From the NCBI GenBank assembly GCA_038141665.1, contig JAYQIN010000002.1, positions 765,189 to 829,188 of the forward strand: a stretch of DNA of 64,000 nt, given 5' to 3'. Made by a program: the position numbers and the translations under genes. The first letter of the stretch is position 1. Every line of letters begins with the position of its first letter. The notes below the pieces were generated by a model. It ran no database searches. It was given only the letters and a program-made list of their open reading frames with translations, and was not told the DNA's origin. Source of the stretch: Thiothrix sp. (lineage in GTDB: Bacteria; Pseudomonadota; Gammaproteobacteria; Poriferisulfidales; GCA-002705445). Of the stretch, positions 1-10,693 are shown piece by piece.

Positions 1-275
1 GCCCTAATATCATGTACAGAGCTTATTCCGCCTCCAACGGTTAAAGGTATAAATACTTGCGAGGCAACATTTTCGACAACTTTTAATATTGTTTTTCTGT
101 TGCTTGAGCTTGCAGTGATATCAAGAAATGTTATTTCGTCTGCTCCTTGATCATTGTATCTTTTTGCAACTTCCACAGGATCACCTGCATCCTTTATATC
201 AACAAATTTTATGCCTTTTACAACTCTCCCATTATCAACATCAAGACATGGTATTATTCTTTTAGTTACTGTCAT
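1..275 (-). CDS. hisF: imidazole glycerol phosphate synthase cyclase subunit HisF (N-terminal part, runs off window)
   Basis: Manual minus-strand translation from ATG at 275-273 gives [56 protein letters not shown]..., a typical HisF N-terminus. The start overlaps the hisA stop (ATGA). Not in the ORF track because it is truncated by the window edge. Confidence 0.9.
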   Translation of the reverse strand, partial: MTVTKRIIPCLDVDNGRVVKGIKFVDIKDAGDPVEVAKRYNDQGADEITFLDITASSSNRKTILKVVENVASQVFIPLTVGGGISSVHDIR

Positions 276-1006
276 TTTTTATTTAAAAATACTCTTTTAG
301 CCTCACTTATGTTAAATTTTTTTTCATACAAAGCTCTTCCAATAATAATCCCAGAAATACCTGATTGTTTATAATCACTTATTTCATGAATATCTTCTAT
401 GCAACTTACTCCCCCTGAGGCAATGACGGGAATATTTATACTTTTTGCTAAACTAACAGTAGCCATAATATTAAGGCCTTGCATCATGCCATCTTTTTCT
501 ATGTCAGTGTAAACAATTTCAGAAACTCCATAATCTTCAAACTCCTTAGCAAGTTCCATAGCGCTCTTACTAGTTATTGATTTCCAGCCTTCAGTTGCAA
601 CTTCACCATTTTTAGCATCTATTCCAACAATAATTTTATGTGGAAATTTTTTACAAAGCTGTTTAATAAAATTAGGCTCCTCAACAGCTTTCGTTCCAAT
701 AATTATGTAGCTTGCCCCAGCATCAAGATACTGTTCTGCTGTTTTAAAATTCCTTATGCCTCCGCCAATTTGTATGGGTACTTCTGGAAATTTTTTACAT
801 ATTTTTGAGAAAATTTCAATATTTATAGGATTTCCAAGTCTTGCCCCATCGAGGTCAACTAAGTGCAGCCTCTCTGCACCATCATTTATCCATTTTTGGG
901 CCATTTCTAATGGGCTTTTATGAAAAATTGTTTCTCTACTAAAATCGCCTTGTTTTAGTCTGACGCAATTTCCATTTTGTATATCTATTGCTGGTATTAT
1001 TTTCAT
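272..1006 (-). CDS. hisA: ProFAR isomerase HisA
   Basis: 244 aa, [22 protein letters not shown]... and GGGIR motifs; sits in a hisB-H-A-F operon. Confidence 0.93.
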   Translation of the reverse strand: MKIIPAIDIQNGNCVRLKQGDFSRETIFHKSPLEMAQKWINDGAERLHLVDLDGARLGNPINIEIFSKICKKFPEVPIQIGGGIRNFKTAEQYLDAGASYIIIGTKAVEEPNFIKQLCKKFPHKIIVGIDAKNGEVATEGWKSITSKSAMELAKEFEDYGVSEIVYTDIEKDGMMQGLNIMATVSLAKSINIPVIASGGVSCIEDIHEISDYKQSGISGIIIGRALYEKKFNISEAKRVFLNKK

Positions 1007-1626
1007 ACGTGACCTATAAAATTCTTTATAAATTGGAGCCCAGCAGATGAGCTTTTTTCAGGGTGCCCTTGTATAGCTATAATTTTATCTTTTGTAACTA
1101 CAGAAGAAAACGTATTCCCATATTTTGTTTTACCGATGACAATAGATTCATCCTCGGGATCAATATAATAGCTATGCACAAAATAAAAGTATGCATTATT
1201 ATCTATTTTATGCCATATAGGATGATCATTTTTCATTAATACTTTGTTCCACCCCATATGGGGAATTTTTATTTTTTTATTTTCTTCTGATTCAAATTTC
1301 TTTACTTTACCCTTTATTATTCCTAAACAATTTGTCCCTTCGTTCTCTTCACTGTAATCCATTAATATTTGCATCCCCATGCAAATTCCTAGAAAAGGTT
1401 TTTCTTGCGAGTTTTTTATAATAATTTCATTTAGATTTTTGTCATAGATAGATTTCATACATCTTTTTGCTGCACCTTGCCCAGGAAAAATTATTTTATC
1501 GGCGCTATTAATTACATTTGGGTCTGAGGAAACTATAACACTGTCGTTAGGCGCAACATAATTTACAGCTTTTAATACAGAACTTAAATTGCCCATTCCA
1601 TAATCTATGATAGCAATAGTATTCAA
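1003..1626 (-). CDS. hisH: imidazole glycerol phosphate synthase glutaminase subunit HisH
   Basis: 207 aa, class-I amidotransferase (GICMGMQ catalytic Cys, HSY..., GHPEKS); 4-nt overlap with hisA. Confidence 0.93.
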   Translation of the reverse strand: MNTIAIIDYGMGNLSSVLKAVNYVAPNDSVIVSSDPNVINSADKIIFPGQGAAKRCMKSIYDKNLNEIIIKNSQEKPFLGICMGMQILMDYSEENEGTNCLGIIKGKVKKFESEENKKIKIPHMGWNKVLMKNDHPIWHKIDNNAYFYFVHSYYIDPEDESIVIGKTKYGNTFSSVVTKDKIIAIQGHPEKSSSAGLQFIKNFIGHV

Positions 1627-1644
1627 TTTTTATCGCCTATAAAT

Positions 1645-2241
1645 TTAGAGAACACCTTTTGTAGAAGGTGGTTTATTTCCATTATTTATAAAATCTATTT
1701 CTTTTGCATACCTAAAAGCCCGACCAAAAGCTTTAAATATGGTTTCAGCTATATGGTGGCCATTCTCTCCTTTTATATTGTCTATGTGAAGAGTTACCAT
1801 CGCATGATTGCAAAAACCTTGGAAAAACTCATGTATTAAATCAACATCAAAATCATTAATGTATTGTCTAGGATATGAAGCTGAATATTCTACTCCTGGC
1901 CTACCCGAAAAATCTATTACAACTCTGGATAAGGCCTCATCTAAAGGCACATACGCATGCCCATATCTGTTAATACCCTCTTTGCCGCCAATAGCTTTAT
2001 CGAAAGCTTGCCCAAAACAAATTCCAATATCCTCTACCGTGTGATGTGCATCTACTTCTAAATCACCTTTTGCTTTAATTATGAGGTCAATTTGTCCATG
2101 TCTACATATTTGCTCTATCATATGCTCAAAAAAGGGCATGCCAGTCTCTACTTTACAAATACCAGTACCGTCAATATTGAGGTTTAGCTCAATATCTGTT
2201 TCATTTGTTTTACGCTTTATTTCTGCCTGTCTTTTGCTCAT
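1645..2241 (-). CDS. hisB: imidazoleglycerol-phosphate dehydratase HisB
   Basis: 198 aa with [19 protein letters not shown] and GENGHHIAE motifs typical of IGPD. Confidence 0.93.
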   Translation of the reverse strand: MSKRQAEIKRKTNETDIELNLNIDGTGICKVETGMPFFEHMIEQICRHGQIDLIIKAKGDLEVDAHHTVEDIGICFGQAFDKAIGGKEGINRYGHAYVPLDEALSRVVIDFSGRPGVEYSASYPRQYINDFDVDLIHEFFQGFCNHAMVTLHIDNIKGENGHHIAETIFKAFGRAFRYAKEIDFINNGNKPPSTKGVL

Positions 2242-2304
2242 ATTCTTTAAAAAATTTCTAAAAGTTGAGTATAATTAATATTACGCACAATATACACTAA
2301 AATA

Positions 2305-3189
2305 ATGATAATTAGCACATTCCAAAAATTATGCCTTTTATTACTAAGCCATTGTAGTTTGTCAATTGCGCACCGCTTAGCAAAAATATTGTCTATTTTT
2401 TTTTCAAGTAATAGCAAAAAATATCGCGTGGCGTACAAGAATTTAAAAATCTGCTTTCCAGATAAAGCAGAATATTGGCTTCAAAAAACAGCAAGAGAAA
2501 GTGTAAATGAATATTTAAAATCATTACTTGAATCTCCTTGTTTATATAGAATATCTAAAAAAAATATAAATTCCCTGATAAATAAAGTTAATAATGAGGA
2601 AGTTATCAAAGAATGTGTTAATAAAAATAAGGGCGTTATATTTATGACACCACACCATGGCTCATGGGAACTTAGTGGATTATTTGTTGCAAGCAAAATC
2701 AAAACATATACTATGTTTAAACCTTTGCGCAATAAAGTTTTAAATGATTTTGTTTTCAAAGGAAGGGAGTCGCAGGGCGCCTCCCTTGTAGAAACAGATA
2801 ACATAGGTGTAAAAAAATTATTAAAAGCTTTGAGAAATAATTTTGGGATAGGCATCTTGCCAGACCATACTCCGAAAATAAATCAAGGCGTGATGTCCAG
2901 CTTTTATGGTGTACCTGTAAATACTGCAACACTAATTCATAAGCTGGGAAAGAAGAACAAGGTTCCCATAATATATATATTTTCTGAGCGCTTGCCAAAA
3001 AGCGCTGGGTTCGATCTTCATCTTGGAGTAATTGAGGAAGAGTTCTATAGTCTTGATGAAAAATCATCTGCAGATTTTTTGAATAAAAAAATCGAATACT
3101 TAGTCAATAAAAATATTTCGCAGTACCTTTGGTCCTATGAAAGGTTCAGAAATAGATCTGGCGTAAAAGAAAATATATATAACACGTAA
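2305..3189 (+). CDS. lpxL: lipid A biosynthesis late acyltransferase (LpxL/LpxM/LpxP, HtrB family)
   Basis: 294 aa, HHGSWE (HX4E acyltransferase motif), overall HtrB/MsbB-like layout. The exact paralog cannot be assigned. Confidence 0.65.
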   Translation: MIISTFQKLCLLLLSHCSLSIAHRLAKILSIFFSSNSKKYRVAYKNLKICFPDKAEYWLQKTARESVNEYLKSLLESPCLYRISKKNINSLINKVNNEEVIKECVNKNKGVIFMTPHHGSWELSGLFVASKIKTYTMFKPLRNKVLNDFVFKGRESQGASLVETDNIGVKKLLKALRNNFGIGILPDHTPKINQGVMSSFYGVPVNTATLIHKLGKKNKVPIIYIFSERLPKSAGFDLHLGVIEEEFYSLDEKSSADFLNKKIEYLVNKNISQYLWSYERFRNRSGVKENIYNT

Positions 3190-3190
3190 A

Positions 3191-4636
3191 TTATTTCTTC
3201 CAAAAATCAGGTATGAAAATAACTAATAGTGTAAATATTTCCAGTCGACCAACAATCATACTAAAAGACAGCACCCATTTATTTATATCTGATATATTTG
3301 CATAGTTATATAAGACATCACCTTGTCCTGGTCCGAGATTATTTATAGTTGCTGCTACAGCTGAGAATGATGTTAAAAAATCTAATCCTGATGACATCAA
3401 TAAAAGTAAAACAGTCAAAAATACAATTACATATATTGCAAAAAATCCCCATATCGTTTCTAGAGTTCTTTCATTAATTACATTATTTCCAATTTTCACT
3501 TTAATTTTTGAATTTGGGTGGACTAATCTCACAAGCTCTCTATACCCTTGTTTTAGTAGAAGCATCACTCTAATCACTTTCATGCCACCAGCAGTTGAAC
3601 CTGCACAACCGCCTATAAAGCTAAAAAGTATTAGGAGTAGTGGAAGAAAACCTATGTAACTATAATAACTAGAATTTGTAAAACCTGTCGTTGTAGAAAT
3701 AGAAACAGCATAAAAAATATTTTTTATCATTTCTTCAATATTTTTTTCTGATGAGGAGCCAAATGTATAAAAGATAGTAAGAGATGATATTAAAAATATT
3801 AAAAATATGAAAAAATATGCTTCATTATCTTTTTTGTATGGCGTAATCGATTTACTTTTGAAAGCTAAGTAATGTAAGCTAAAATTTAAGCATGCTGCAA
3901 TCATAAATACTATTGCTACTAATTCTATCCAATGATTATTATAGTATCCAAAACTTTCGTTATGCGTTGAAAACCCTCCAATCGCTATAGTTGAAAAACT
4001 ATGACAAATAGAATCAAATAAATCCATTCCTGCAACATAATAACTTAAGCCACAAAGAAAAGTCATAATTAAATAAACTACCCACAACCATTTTGCAGTC
4101 TCAGTAATTCTAGGTGTTATTTTATTTTTTATTGGTCCTGCGACCTCTGCTTTATAAAGTTGCATTCCACCAACTCCTAGCATTGGTAAAACTGCTACTG
4201 CCAGTACAATAATTCCAAGGCCACCTAACCATTGCAGATACTGTCTATAGAATAATATTGATTTTGGCAGCTCATCAATATTACTAATTATAGTTGCTCC
4301 AGTAGTCGTTAAGCCTGAAACTGATTCAAATATTGCATTTGTTATAGATATATTAAGCGACTCACTTAATAGCATTGGTAGCGATGCAAACGTACTTAAT
4401 ACAAACCAGAATAAAACTACTATTATAAAACCATCACGTAATTTTAGATCAGTTTTGGCTTGCATTGCTGGCAGCCAGAGCAGAAGACCTGAAACAAAAA
4501 TTAAAATTAAAGCATAAAAAAATGACCAAGTTTCGCCATCATCGTAAATAATACTTACAATAATGGGAGGGATAATTGCCAGACTGAACAACATTAAGAG
4601 CAAGCCAAGTATTCTAATAACAGATTTTATTTGCAT
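3191..4636 (-). CDS. trkH: Trk-type K+ uptake membrane subunit TrkH
   Basis: 481 aa polytopic protein with repeated TTTGF/GLTTTG/GGFS pore-loop-like motifs; adjacent to trkA. Confidence 0.9.
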   Translation of the reverse strand: MQIKSVIRILGLLLMLFSLAIIPPIIVSIIYDDGETWSFFYALILIFVSGLLLWLPAMQAKTDLKLRDGFIIVVLFWFVLSTFASLPMLLSESLNISITNAIFESVSGLTTTGATIISNIDELPKSILFYRQYLQWLGGLGIIVLAVAVLPMLGVGGMQLYKAEVAGPIKNKITPRITETAKWLWVVYLIMTFLCGLSYYVAGMDLFDSICHSFSTIAIGGFSTHNESFGYYNNHWIELVAIVFMIAACLNFSLHYLAFKSKSITPYKKDNEAYFFIFLIFLISSLTIFYTFGSSSEKNIEEMIKNIFYAVSISTTTGFTNSSYYSYIGFLPLLLILFSFIGGCAGSTAGGMKVIRVMLLLKQGYRELVRLVHPNSKIKVKIGNNVINERTLETIWGFFAIYVIVFLTVLLLLMSSGLDFLTSFSAVAATINNLGPGQGDVLYNYANISDINKWVLSFSMIVGRLEIFTLLVIFIPDFWKK

Positions 4637-4641
4637 TGTTT

Positions 4642-5985
4642 TTACTCAAATAGTTCTTCTATTTGTTTGATATCTTTTTTATTTACAAGACAGACTAAGT
4701 GATCACCTTGCTCAAAAATTGTATTAGATGTATTAAAAATCAATTCATCATTTCGAATAATACAGCAGAAAATGATATTTTCCGAAAAGTTTACTTGTCC
4801 TATATTTTTACCTATGATTTTTGATTTCAAATTATCTCTTACTTCAATTTCTAATAATTCTAGAGATCCATGCATAAGCGAATGTGCTTTTAAGACACTA
4901 GCTTTTCTAATATGAGTTAAAAGTGCTCCCATGGTTAAATCTTCAGGTGAAATCGTTATATCAATTTCTTGTTTCTCAACTAAGTCTGAGTAACTAATCT
5001 TATTAATTATTGAAATTACAGTTTTTGCCCCAAGTTTTTTTGCAAGCATAGCAGATAGAATATTTGCTTCATCGTCATTTGTTAATGCACAAAAAACATC
5101 CATATGCTCGATATTTTCTTCTAGAAGTATATCTTCGTTAGATGAATCAGCATTTATAATTGTCACATCATCCAAGACTTCAGATAAATATTCTGCTCTA
5201 GGCTCATCAGATTCAATTACTTTTACTTGAAAGTTTTCGCTCATTTTATCTGAAAGATGTTTTCCAATGTTGCCACCACCAGCAATCATTATTCTTTTAT
5301 TTTCTTTATTTTTTCTAAAAATTTTTGCGATTTCTTTAATATTTTCCTCTTTACATATAAATAATAGTTCATCACCATCCTCAACAGTATCACCATCTTC
5401 TATAGAAAATATCTTATCGTTCCTTATAAAAGCACATATTTGAGCATTTAGTTTACTGCATGCAGACTGATAAAATTTAATCGAGTTTTCTTCATTGTCT
5501 TCTTCTTTAAATATTATATTAACGAAACAATTCTCATTATTTTCAAAGTTAAATATCTGATGTATTCCTGAATAAGATATAAGTTTTTTTATATAATTTG
5601 ATGCTATTAGGTCTGGACTAATTGTAAAGTCAATTGGGGTGGATTCGTCAGCAAATAAACTTTCATAATTTAAATATTCTAAATCTCTTATACGAGCTAT
5701 CTTTTTTTCGACACCAAAGACAGTATATGCAACTTGGCATGCAATCATATTTGTTTCGTCACTTTTAGAGACAGCAACAATCATATCTGCTTTGTGCGCA
5801 CCCGCTGATTCTAATATTCTTGGATGAGCACCGTTGCCGTGAATAGTCTGAAGGTCAACTTTATCTGCTATGTTTTCAAGTAAATCTGAACTTTTATCAA
5901 TTAAGGTTACATCATTACCTTCTTTGACTAAATTAATTGATAATGAGCTACCGACTTGTCCAGCTCCTACGATTATAATTTTCAT
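4642..5985 (-). CDS. trkA: Trk system NAD-binding subunit TrkA
   Basis: 447 aa with two Rossmann GxGxxG modules (IIVGAGQVG, IAGGGNIG) and RCK_C-like halves. Confidence 0.9.
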   Translation of the reverse strand: MKIIIVGAGQVGSSLSINLVKEGNDVTLIDKSSDLLENIADKVDLQTIHGNGAHPRILESAGAHKADMIVAVSKSDETNMIACQVAYTVFGVEKKIARIRDLEYLNYESLFADESTPIDFTISPDLIASNYIKKLISYSGIHQIFNFENNENCFVNIIFKEEDNEENSIKFYQSACSKLNAQICAFIRNDKIFSIEDGDTVEDGDELLFICKEENIKEIAKIFRKNKENKRIMIAGGGNIGKHLSDKMSENFQVKVIESDEPRAEYLSEVLDDVTIINADSSNEDILLEENIEHMDVFCALTNDDEANILSAMLAKKLGAKTVISIINKISYSDLVEKQEIDITISPEDLTMGALLTHIRKASVLKAHSLMHGSLELLEIEVRDNLKSKIIGKNIGQVNFSENIIFCCIIRNDELIFNTSNTIFEQGDHLVCLVNKKDIKQIEELFE

Positions 5986-6033
5986 AATATATAAGTATTA
6001 TAGGATAAATTAAGTAGATTTTTAATTATTTGT

Positions 6034-6966
6034 TTATTCAAATCTTTTCCCCTTTAAATCTGTAGAATTAATAAAATCAGCAGAATCTAAAATTTTCGAA
6101 CTATCTTTTTGCAATTTTTTTATAATTAATAGCCCATCTTTTGTAAATACCTCAATTAAATTATTATTTAAGGATTTTATATTTCCAGGAATTCCATTAA
6201 CTTCTAATTCTTTGTATTCGCTATCATGAATTCTTACTCTCTCACCAGATAACATTGTTTCTGCTACAGGCCAAGAGTTGAAAGCCATAATTTTTTTATG
6301 AATTACTTCAGCAGGCATGTACCAATTAATTTTTGCTTCTTCTTTTTTAATTTTTTTTGCATATGTTGCTAAGTTCTCGTCTTGAGGATGCATCATAAAG
6401 TTATTCTCTAATATTGAATCTAGAGTTAACAATAAACAGTCTATGCCAATTTTTCTACATTTTTCATGTAAAGTTGCAGATGAATCATTATCACTAATTT
6501 TTATCGGTTCTTGATAAATTATATCTCCAGCATCAAGTCGTTCTTCCATTTTCATTATTGTAATACCTGTAAGTTTATCACCTGATTCAATTGCTCTTTG
6601 AATAGGAGCAGCTCCTCTCCACCTAGGTAGAAGTGAAGGATGAATATTTATGCATCCATATTTAGGTACAGACATAAACTCTTTAGTTAACATCAGACCA
6701 TATGCTACTACAATTACGATATCCGGCTTAACTTCTGCAAGAGCATCTGTTTCCATAATTGTTATCTTCTCTGGCTGTCTTATATCAATTTTATGCTCAG
6801 CTGCAGTAATCCTTACAGGGCTATGATTAAATTTTAATCCTCTGCCAGACCTCTTGCTAGGCTGAGTAAAAACACCAACAATATCATGTTTAGAATTTAT
6901 CAATGAAGACAAATAGCTCTCTGCAAATTTTGGTGTTCCTGCGAACACGATCTTAAGCTTATTCAT
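6034..6966 (-). CDS. fmt: methionyl-tRNA formyltransferase
   Basis: 310 aa, KIVFAGTP..., HPSLLPRWRGAAPIQRAI motif; downstream of def. Confidence 0.93.
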   Translation of the reverse strand: MNKLKIVFAGTPKFAESYLSSLINSKHDIVGVFTQPSKRSGRGLKFNHSPVRITAAEHKIDIRQPEKITIMETDALAEVKPDIVIVVAYGLMLTKEFMSVPKYGCINIHPSLLPRWRGAAPIQRAIESGDKLTGITIMKMEERLDAGDIIYQEPIKISDNDSSATLHEKCRKIGIDCLLLTLDSILENNFMMHPQDENLATYAKKIKKEEAKINWYMPAEVIHKKIMAFNSWPVAETMLSGERVRIHDSEYKELEVNGIPGNIKSLNNNLIEVFTKDGLLIIKKLQKDSSKILDSADFINSTDLKGKRFE

Positions 6967-6979
6967 TTAATTTTCTAGG

Positions 6980-7528
6980 TTATATTGCTGATTTATAATT
7001 TGGAGTGCTCTTTCTGCTCAAAAGAATACCTTCTTTCTTCAACTTATTAATTTTTTTTTCAATTCTATCTCTTTTTAAAGCTGAAATATGATCTACAAAT
7101 AATTTTCCATTCAAGTGATCAATCTCATGTTGAATACATGTAGCTAAAAGACCTTCTGCTTCAAATTCTATTTGTTTTCCATCAATATCTAATGAGGAAA
7201 CTTTAATCGTTTTAGGTCTAGAAACAGATTCATAAAAACCAGGTACTGATAAACACCCTTCTTCCATTGTATCTAGATCCTTTGATAGTGAAATTATTTG
7301 TGGGTTAATGAGAAAAATTTTTTCATTTTTATTTTCAGATACGTCTATCACAATTATTCTTTTGTGAATATTAACCTGAGTTGCTGCTAGGCCTATACCT
7401 TTCTCTTCATACATCGTAAAAAACATTTGTTCGATAATATTTTTAATTTCTCTATCCACTTTTTCAACTGGTTGAGCCACTTTTCTCAACCTTTTGTCAG
7501 GAAAGTGAAGTACTTCAAGTTTATTCAT
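6980..7528 (-). CDS. def: peptide deformylase
   Basis: 182 aa with GIGLAATQV, EGCLS and QHEIDHLNG metal-binding motifs. Confidence 0.95.
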   Translation of the reverse strand: MNKLEVLHFPDKRLRKVAQPVEKVDREIKNIIEQMFFTMYEEKGIGLAATQVNIHKRIIVIDVSENKNEKIFLINPQIISLSKDLDTMEEGCLSVPGFYESVSRPKTIKVSSLDIDGKQIEFEAEGLLATCIQHEIDHLNGKLFVDHISALKRDRIEKKINKLKKEGILLSRKSTPNYKSAI

Positions 7529-7730
7529 TATATAAATTATTAATTTTAATTAATTATAATTATACTATTCTGGATATAATTTGTGCAAAAATTAAAAGTT
7601 TGAGGGTTCTTAACCAACAACTACTTTTGACTAAATACAAACAATGTATTAATGTTAAAAAACATAGCATTATTTATAAAAGATAAAATTTATTTTTTTA
7701 ATATAAATCAATTACTTAAGGATAAGCTCT

Positions 7731-8207
7731 ATGAAAGAAACCATTTTAGATGTATTAATGTTCATGTTTCAAAGCTACGTAGAAGATAATGAAGAAGTGG
7801 AGCTAGACAAAGAATCTTTACATAAAAACCTATCAGATGCAGGATTTGCAGATCAAAATATTGAAAGAGCTTTTGAATGGCTTGAAGGTCTTCCTGGTGT
7901 AGATGATAGTACATTATTGAATAAACCTACAAAAAATAGCTTCAGACTTTTTAGTGATATTGAACATAGAAAGATTGGCGAAGAGGGCCTAAGCTTTTTA
8001 ATGTTCTTGGAAAGGCTTGGAATTTTTCATGGAGAAATTAGAGAGCATGTTATTGATAGGATCATGGCATTAGATACACAAAGTGTTGATTTAAGTCAGA
8101 TTAGATGGGTTGTATTAATGATTTTATTTAATACACCAGGCAATGAAAGTAATTACACTTGGCTGCAAAATTTAAATTCAGATAAGACATTACCTTATAT
8201 TCATTAG
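7731..8207 (+). CDS. smg: Smg protein (DUF494)
   Basis: 158 aa, MKETILDVLMFMFQ...FEWLEGL pattern; canonical position upstream of topA and opposite def. Confidence 0.85.
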   Translation: MKETILDVLMFMFQSYVEDNEEVELDKESLHKNLSDAGFADQNIERAFEWLEGLPGVDDSTLLNKPTKNSFRLFSDIEHRKIGEEGLSFLMFLERLGIFHGEIREHVIDRIMALDTQSVDLSQIRWVVLMILFNTPGNESNYTWLQNLNSDKTLPYIH

Positions 8208-8243
8208 TTGATGACATATAATTTATAAAAGTTGGATTAAATC

Positions 8244-10634
8244 ATGAGTGAGAATTTAGTAATTGTTGAGTCCCCAGCAAAATCAAAAACTATAGAAAAA
8301 TACCTTGGTCAAAATTATCGTGTAATTTCTACTGTTGGTCATTTGAGAAATTTGCCATCTAAAGAAGGAATAGATGTTAAAAATAATTATCAAATGAATT
8401 ATGAGCTTATAGATAGAGATCATAACAAGCCTCAGCAAATTATAAACGACATCAAAAAAGCTTTAAAAAAAGCAAAAAAACTTTACTTAGCAACTGACCA
8501 AGATAGAGAAGGTGAAGTAATTGCTTGGCATTTAATTGACATATTAGAAAAAGAAAATTGTTTGTCTGGAGTTGAGATTGTAAGAATAGTTTTTAACGAA
8601 ATTACAAAAAAAGCTATATTGGAATCAATTGAAAATCCTAGACAACTTTCACATGATTTAATTAATGCTCAATTTGCACGAAGATCTATTGATTATTTAT
8701 TTGGCATGGGTATATCTCCATTACTTTGGGGTATTGGTATAAGAAAAGGATCTGCTGGCAGAGTTCAGAGTCCTGCACTGAAAATGATTGTTGAGAGAGA
8801 AGAATCTATTAGGAAATTTATTCCAAAAGAATATTGGACGTTAAATGCAATTTTTTTGAAAGACGATAAGCCATTCGATAGTTTTTTGCATATTAATAAT
8901 AGTAAAAGATTGTCAAAATTTGATATAGATAATGAAAATTATGCTAACAAAATCAAAGAAGAGATATTGAGCTCTTCAGCTAAGGGTTTTGAAGTATTAA
9001 AAGTAACAAAAAAAGAGAGAAAAAGGCAGCCTGCGAAACCTTTTATAACATCAACACTTCAACAAGAAGCATCTAGAAAGCTAAGATTTGCCGCCAGAAG
9101 AACAATGGGAATAGCACAAGAATTATACACAGGTATCGATCTTGGTGATGGGCCTGTTGGATTAATAACTTACATGAGAACCGATTCAATTAATTTAGCA
9201 AAAGAAGCAACAGATGAGATGAGAGAAATTATTCCTAAGTTATTTGGCAAAGATGCATTACCAGATGATGTTAGAGAGTATACAAATACATCAAAAAACG
9301 CTCAAGAAGCTCATGAAGCCATAAGGCCAACATCATTGTCAAGAACACCAGAGGATGTAAAAAAATATTTGAATAAGGATCAGCTTGATTTATACACTTT
9401 GATATGGAAAAGAACCATTGCCTCACAAATGAATGATGCTATTTTGGACTCAGTCTCAGTAGATTTAGGGACAAGTGATAAAACTTTCAGAGCAACTGGT
9501 CAATCAATAAAATATCCGGGTTTTATGCAGGTTTATCTAGAAGGTACCGATGAAGAAGACTTAGAAGCAGAGTCTAAAATATTACCAAATATGCAGGAAG
9601 GCGACAAAGTGCAACTAGAAAAATTAGATGCTATTCAACATTTTACTCAGCCACCAGGAAGATATACAGAAGCTAGTTTAATAAAAAATTTAGAAAAAGA
9701 GGGAATTGGCAGACCTTCAACATATGCAGCTATTATCGAAACTCTTAGATTTAAGGAATATGTCGAAATTGAAAATAGAACTTTAACACCAACAGGTAAA
9801 GGAGCTTCCGCATGTGCTTTCTTAGACAAAAATTTTAATGATTTTATTAAGTATAATTATACGGCAGAGCTTGAGGAAACATTAGATAAAATTGCAAGAG
9901 GAGAAGTTGAATGGATACCTACAACTGATTCTTTCTATAAGTATCTGACAAAAATGGTAAAAGAGACTGAAAAATTATCTCCAGAGGAAAGAAAGCAGGA
10001 GAGAGTTTTAGGTGTAGATCCGAAAAGTGGAAGAACCGTTAGTGTAAGACACGGCCCTTTTGGCCCACATGCAATGATTGGTACAAAAGATGATCCAAAA
10101 GAAATTGGAAAACCAAAATCTGCTTCTTTAAAAAAAGGGCAAGATATTTTATCTATAACTTTAGAAGAAGCTTTAGATCTCTTTGTACTTCCAAGATTAT
10201 TGGGTGAAACTCCAGATGGCGAACATATAACTGCATGCCTCGGAAGGTTTGGGCCATATTTAAATTACGGAGAAAAGAAAAATTTATCATTAAAAGGTTT
10301 GGAAGAAAAAGGCCAAGAACCATATGATCCATACACCATTACTTTTGAACAAGCTTTGCCGTTAGTAGAACAGAAAAAAATTATTGAAGCTAATAAGGTA
10401 ATTCAAGACTTTGAGGAAAAAGGTATTCAAGTACTGAACGGAAGATGGGGTCCATATGTTACAGATGGAAGCAAAAATGTTAAGGTCCCAAAAGATCAGG
10501 ATCCAAAAGATTTATCTTTAGCTGAGTGTGAAGAGATGATAGAGAACGCACCGGTTAGAAGAGGAAGATTTGGCGCAAAGAAAAAGGTAGTAGCAAAGAA
10601 AAAAGTAGTAGCAAAAAAAGAAAAGCAAGTCTAA
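8244..10634 (+). CDS. topA: DNA topoisomerase I
   Basis: 796 aa: TOPRIM (LVIVESPAKSKTIEKYLG, DQDREGE), active-site region (ITYMRTDS). The C-terminus has cysteine-poor GPY-type repeats (RFGPYL, RWGPYV) and a Lys-rich tail. Confidence 0.95.
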   Translation: MSENLVIVESPAKSKTIEKYLGQNYRVISTVGHLRNLPSKEGIDVKNNYQMNYELIDRDHNKPQQIINDIKKALKKAKKLYLATDQDREGEVIAWHLIDILEKENCLSGVEIVRIVFNEITKKAILESIENPRQLSHDLINAQFARRSIDYLFGMGISPLLWGIGIRKGSAGRVQSPALKMIVEREESIRKFIPKEYWTLNAIFLKDDKPFDSFLHINNSKRLSKFDIDNENYANKIKEEILSSSAKGFEVLKVTKKERKRQPAKPFITSTLQQEASRKLRFAARRTMGIAQELYTGIDLGDGPVGLITYMRTDSINLAKEATDEMREIIPKLFGKDALPDDVREYTNTSKNAQEAHEAIRPTSLSRTPEDVKKYLNKDQLDLYTLIWKRTIASQMNDAILDSVSVDLGTSDKTFRATGQSIKYPGFMQVYLEGTDEEDLEAESKILPNMQEGDKVQLEKLDAIQHFTQPPGRYTEASLIKNLEKEGIGRPSTYAAIIETLRFKEYVEIENRTLTPTGKGASACAFLDKNFNDFIKYNYTAELEETLDKIARGEVEWIPTTDSFYKYLTKMVKETEKLSPEERKQERVLGVDPKSGRTVSVRHGPFGPHAMIGTKDDPKEIGKPKSASLKKGQDILSITLEEALDLFVLPRLLGETPDGEHITACLGRFGPYLNYGEKKNLSLKGLEEKGQEPYDPYTITFEQALPLVEQKKIIEANKVIQDFEEKGIQVLNGRWGPYVTDGSKNVKVPKDQDPKDLSLAECEEMIENAPVRRGRFGAKKKVVAKKKVVAKKEKQV

Positions 10635-10693
10635 AGCAAAGCCTTCAGAAAAAAAATCGCAAGATAGTAATATCGAAAATACTTTATAGTTAT

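Noticed and set aside
1808-2278. Short ORFs antisense to or overlapping long conserved genes. Examples are 147-374, 1808-2044, 2081-2278, 2481-3067, 9647-9829, 11735-11968, 17050-17391, 23371-23583, 29281-29478, 44316-44945, 52137-52364 and 60841-61518, plus the other 60-120 aa track entries inside known genes.
   Set aside because: All lie within, and opposite or out of frame to, genes with unambiguous conserved products. They have low-complexity or hydrophobic AT-driven composition and no RBS context. They are treated as spurious.
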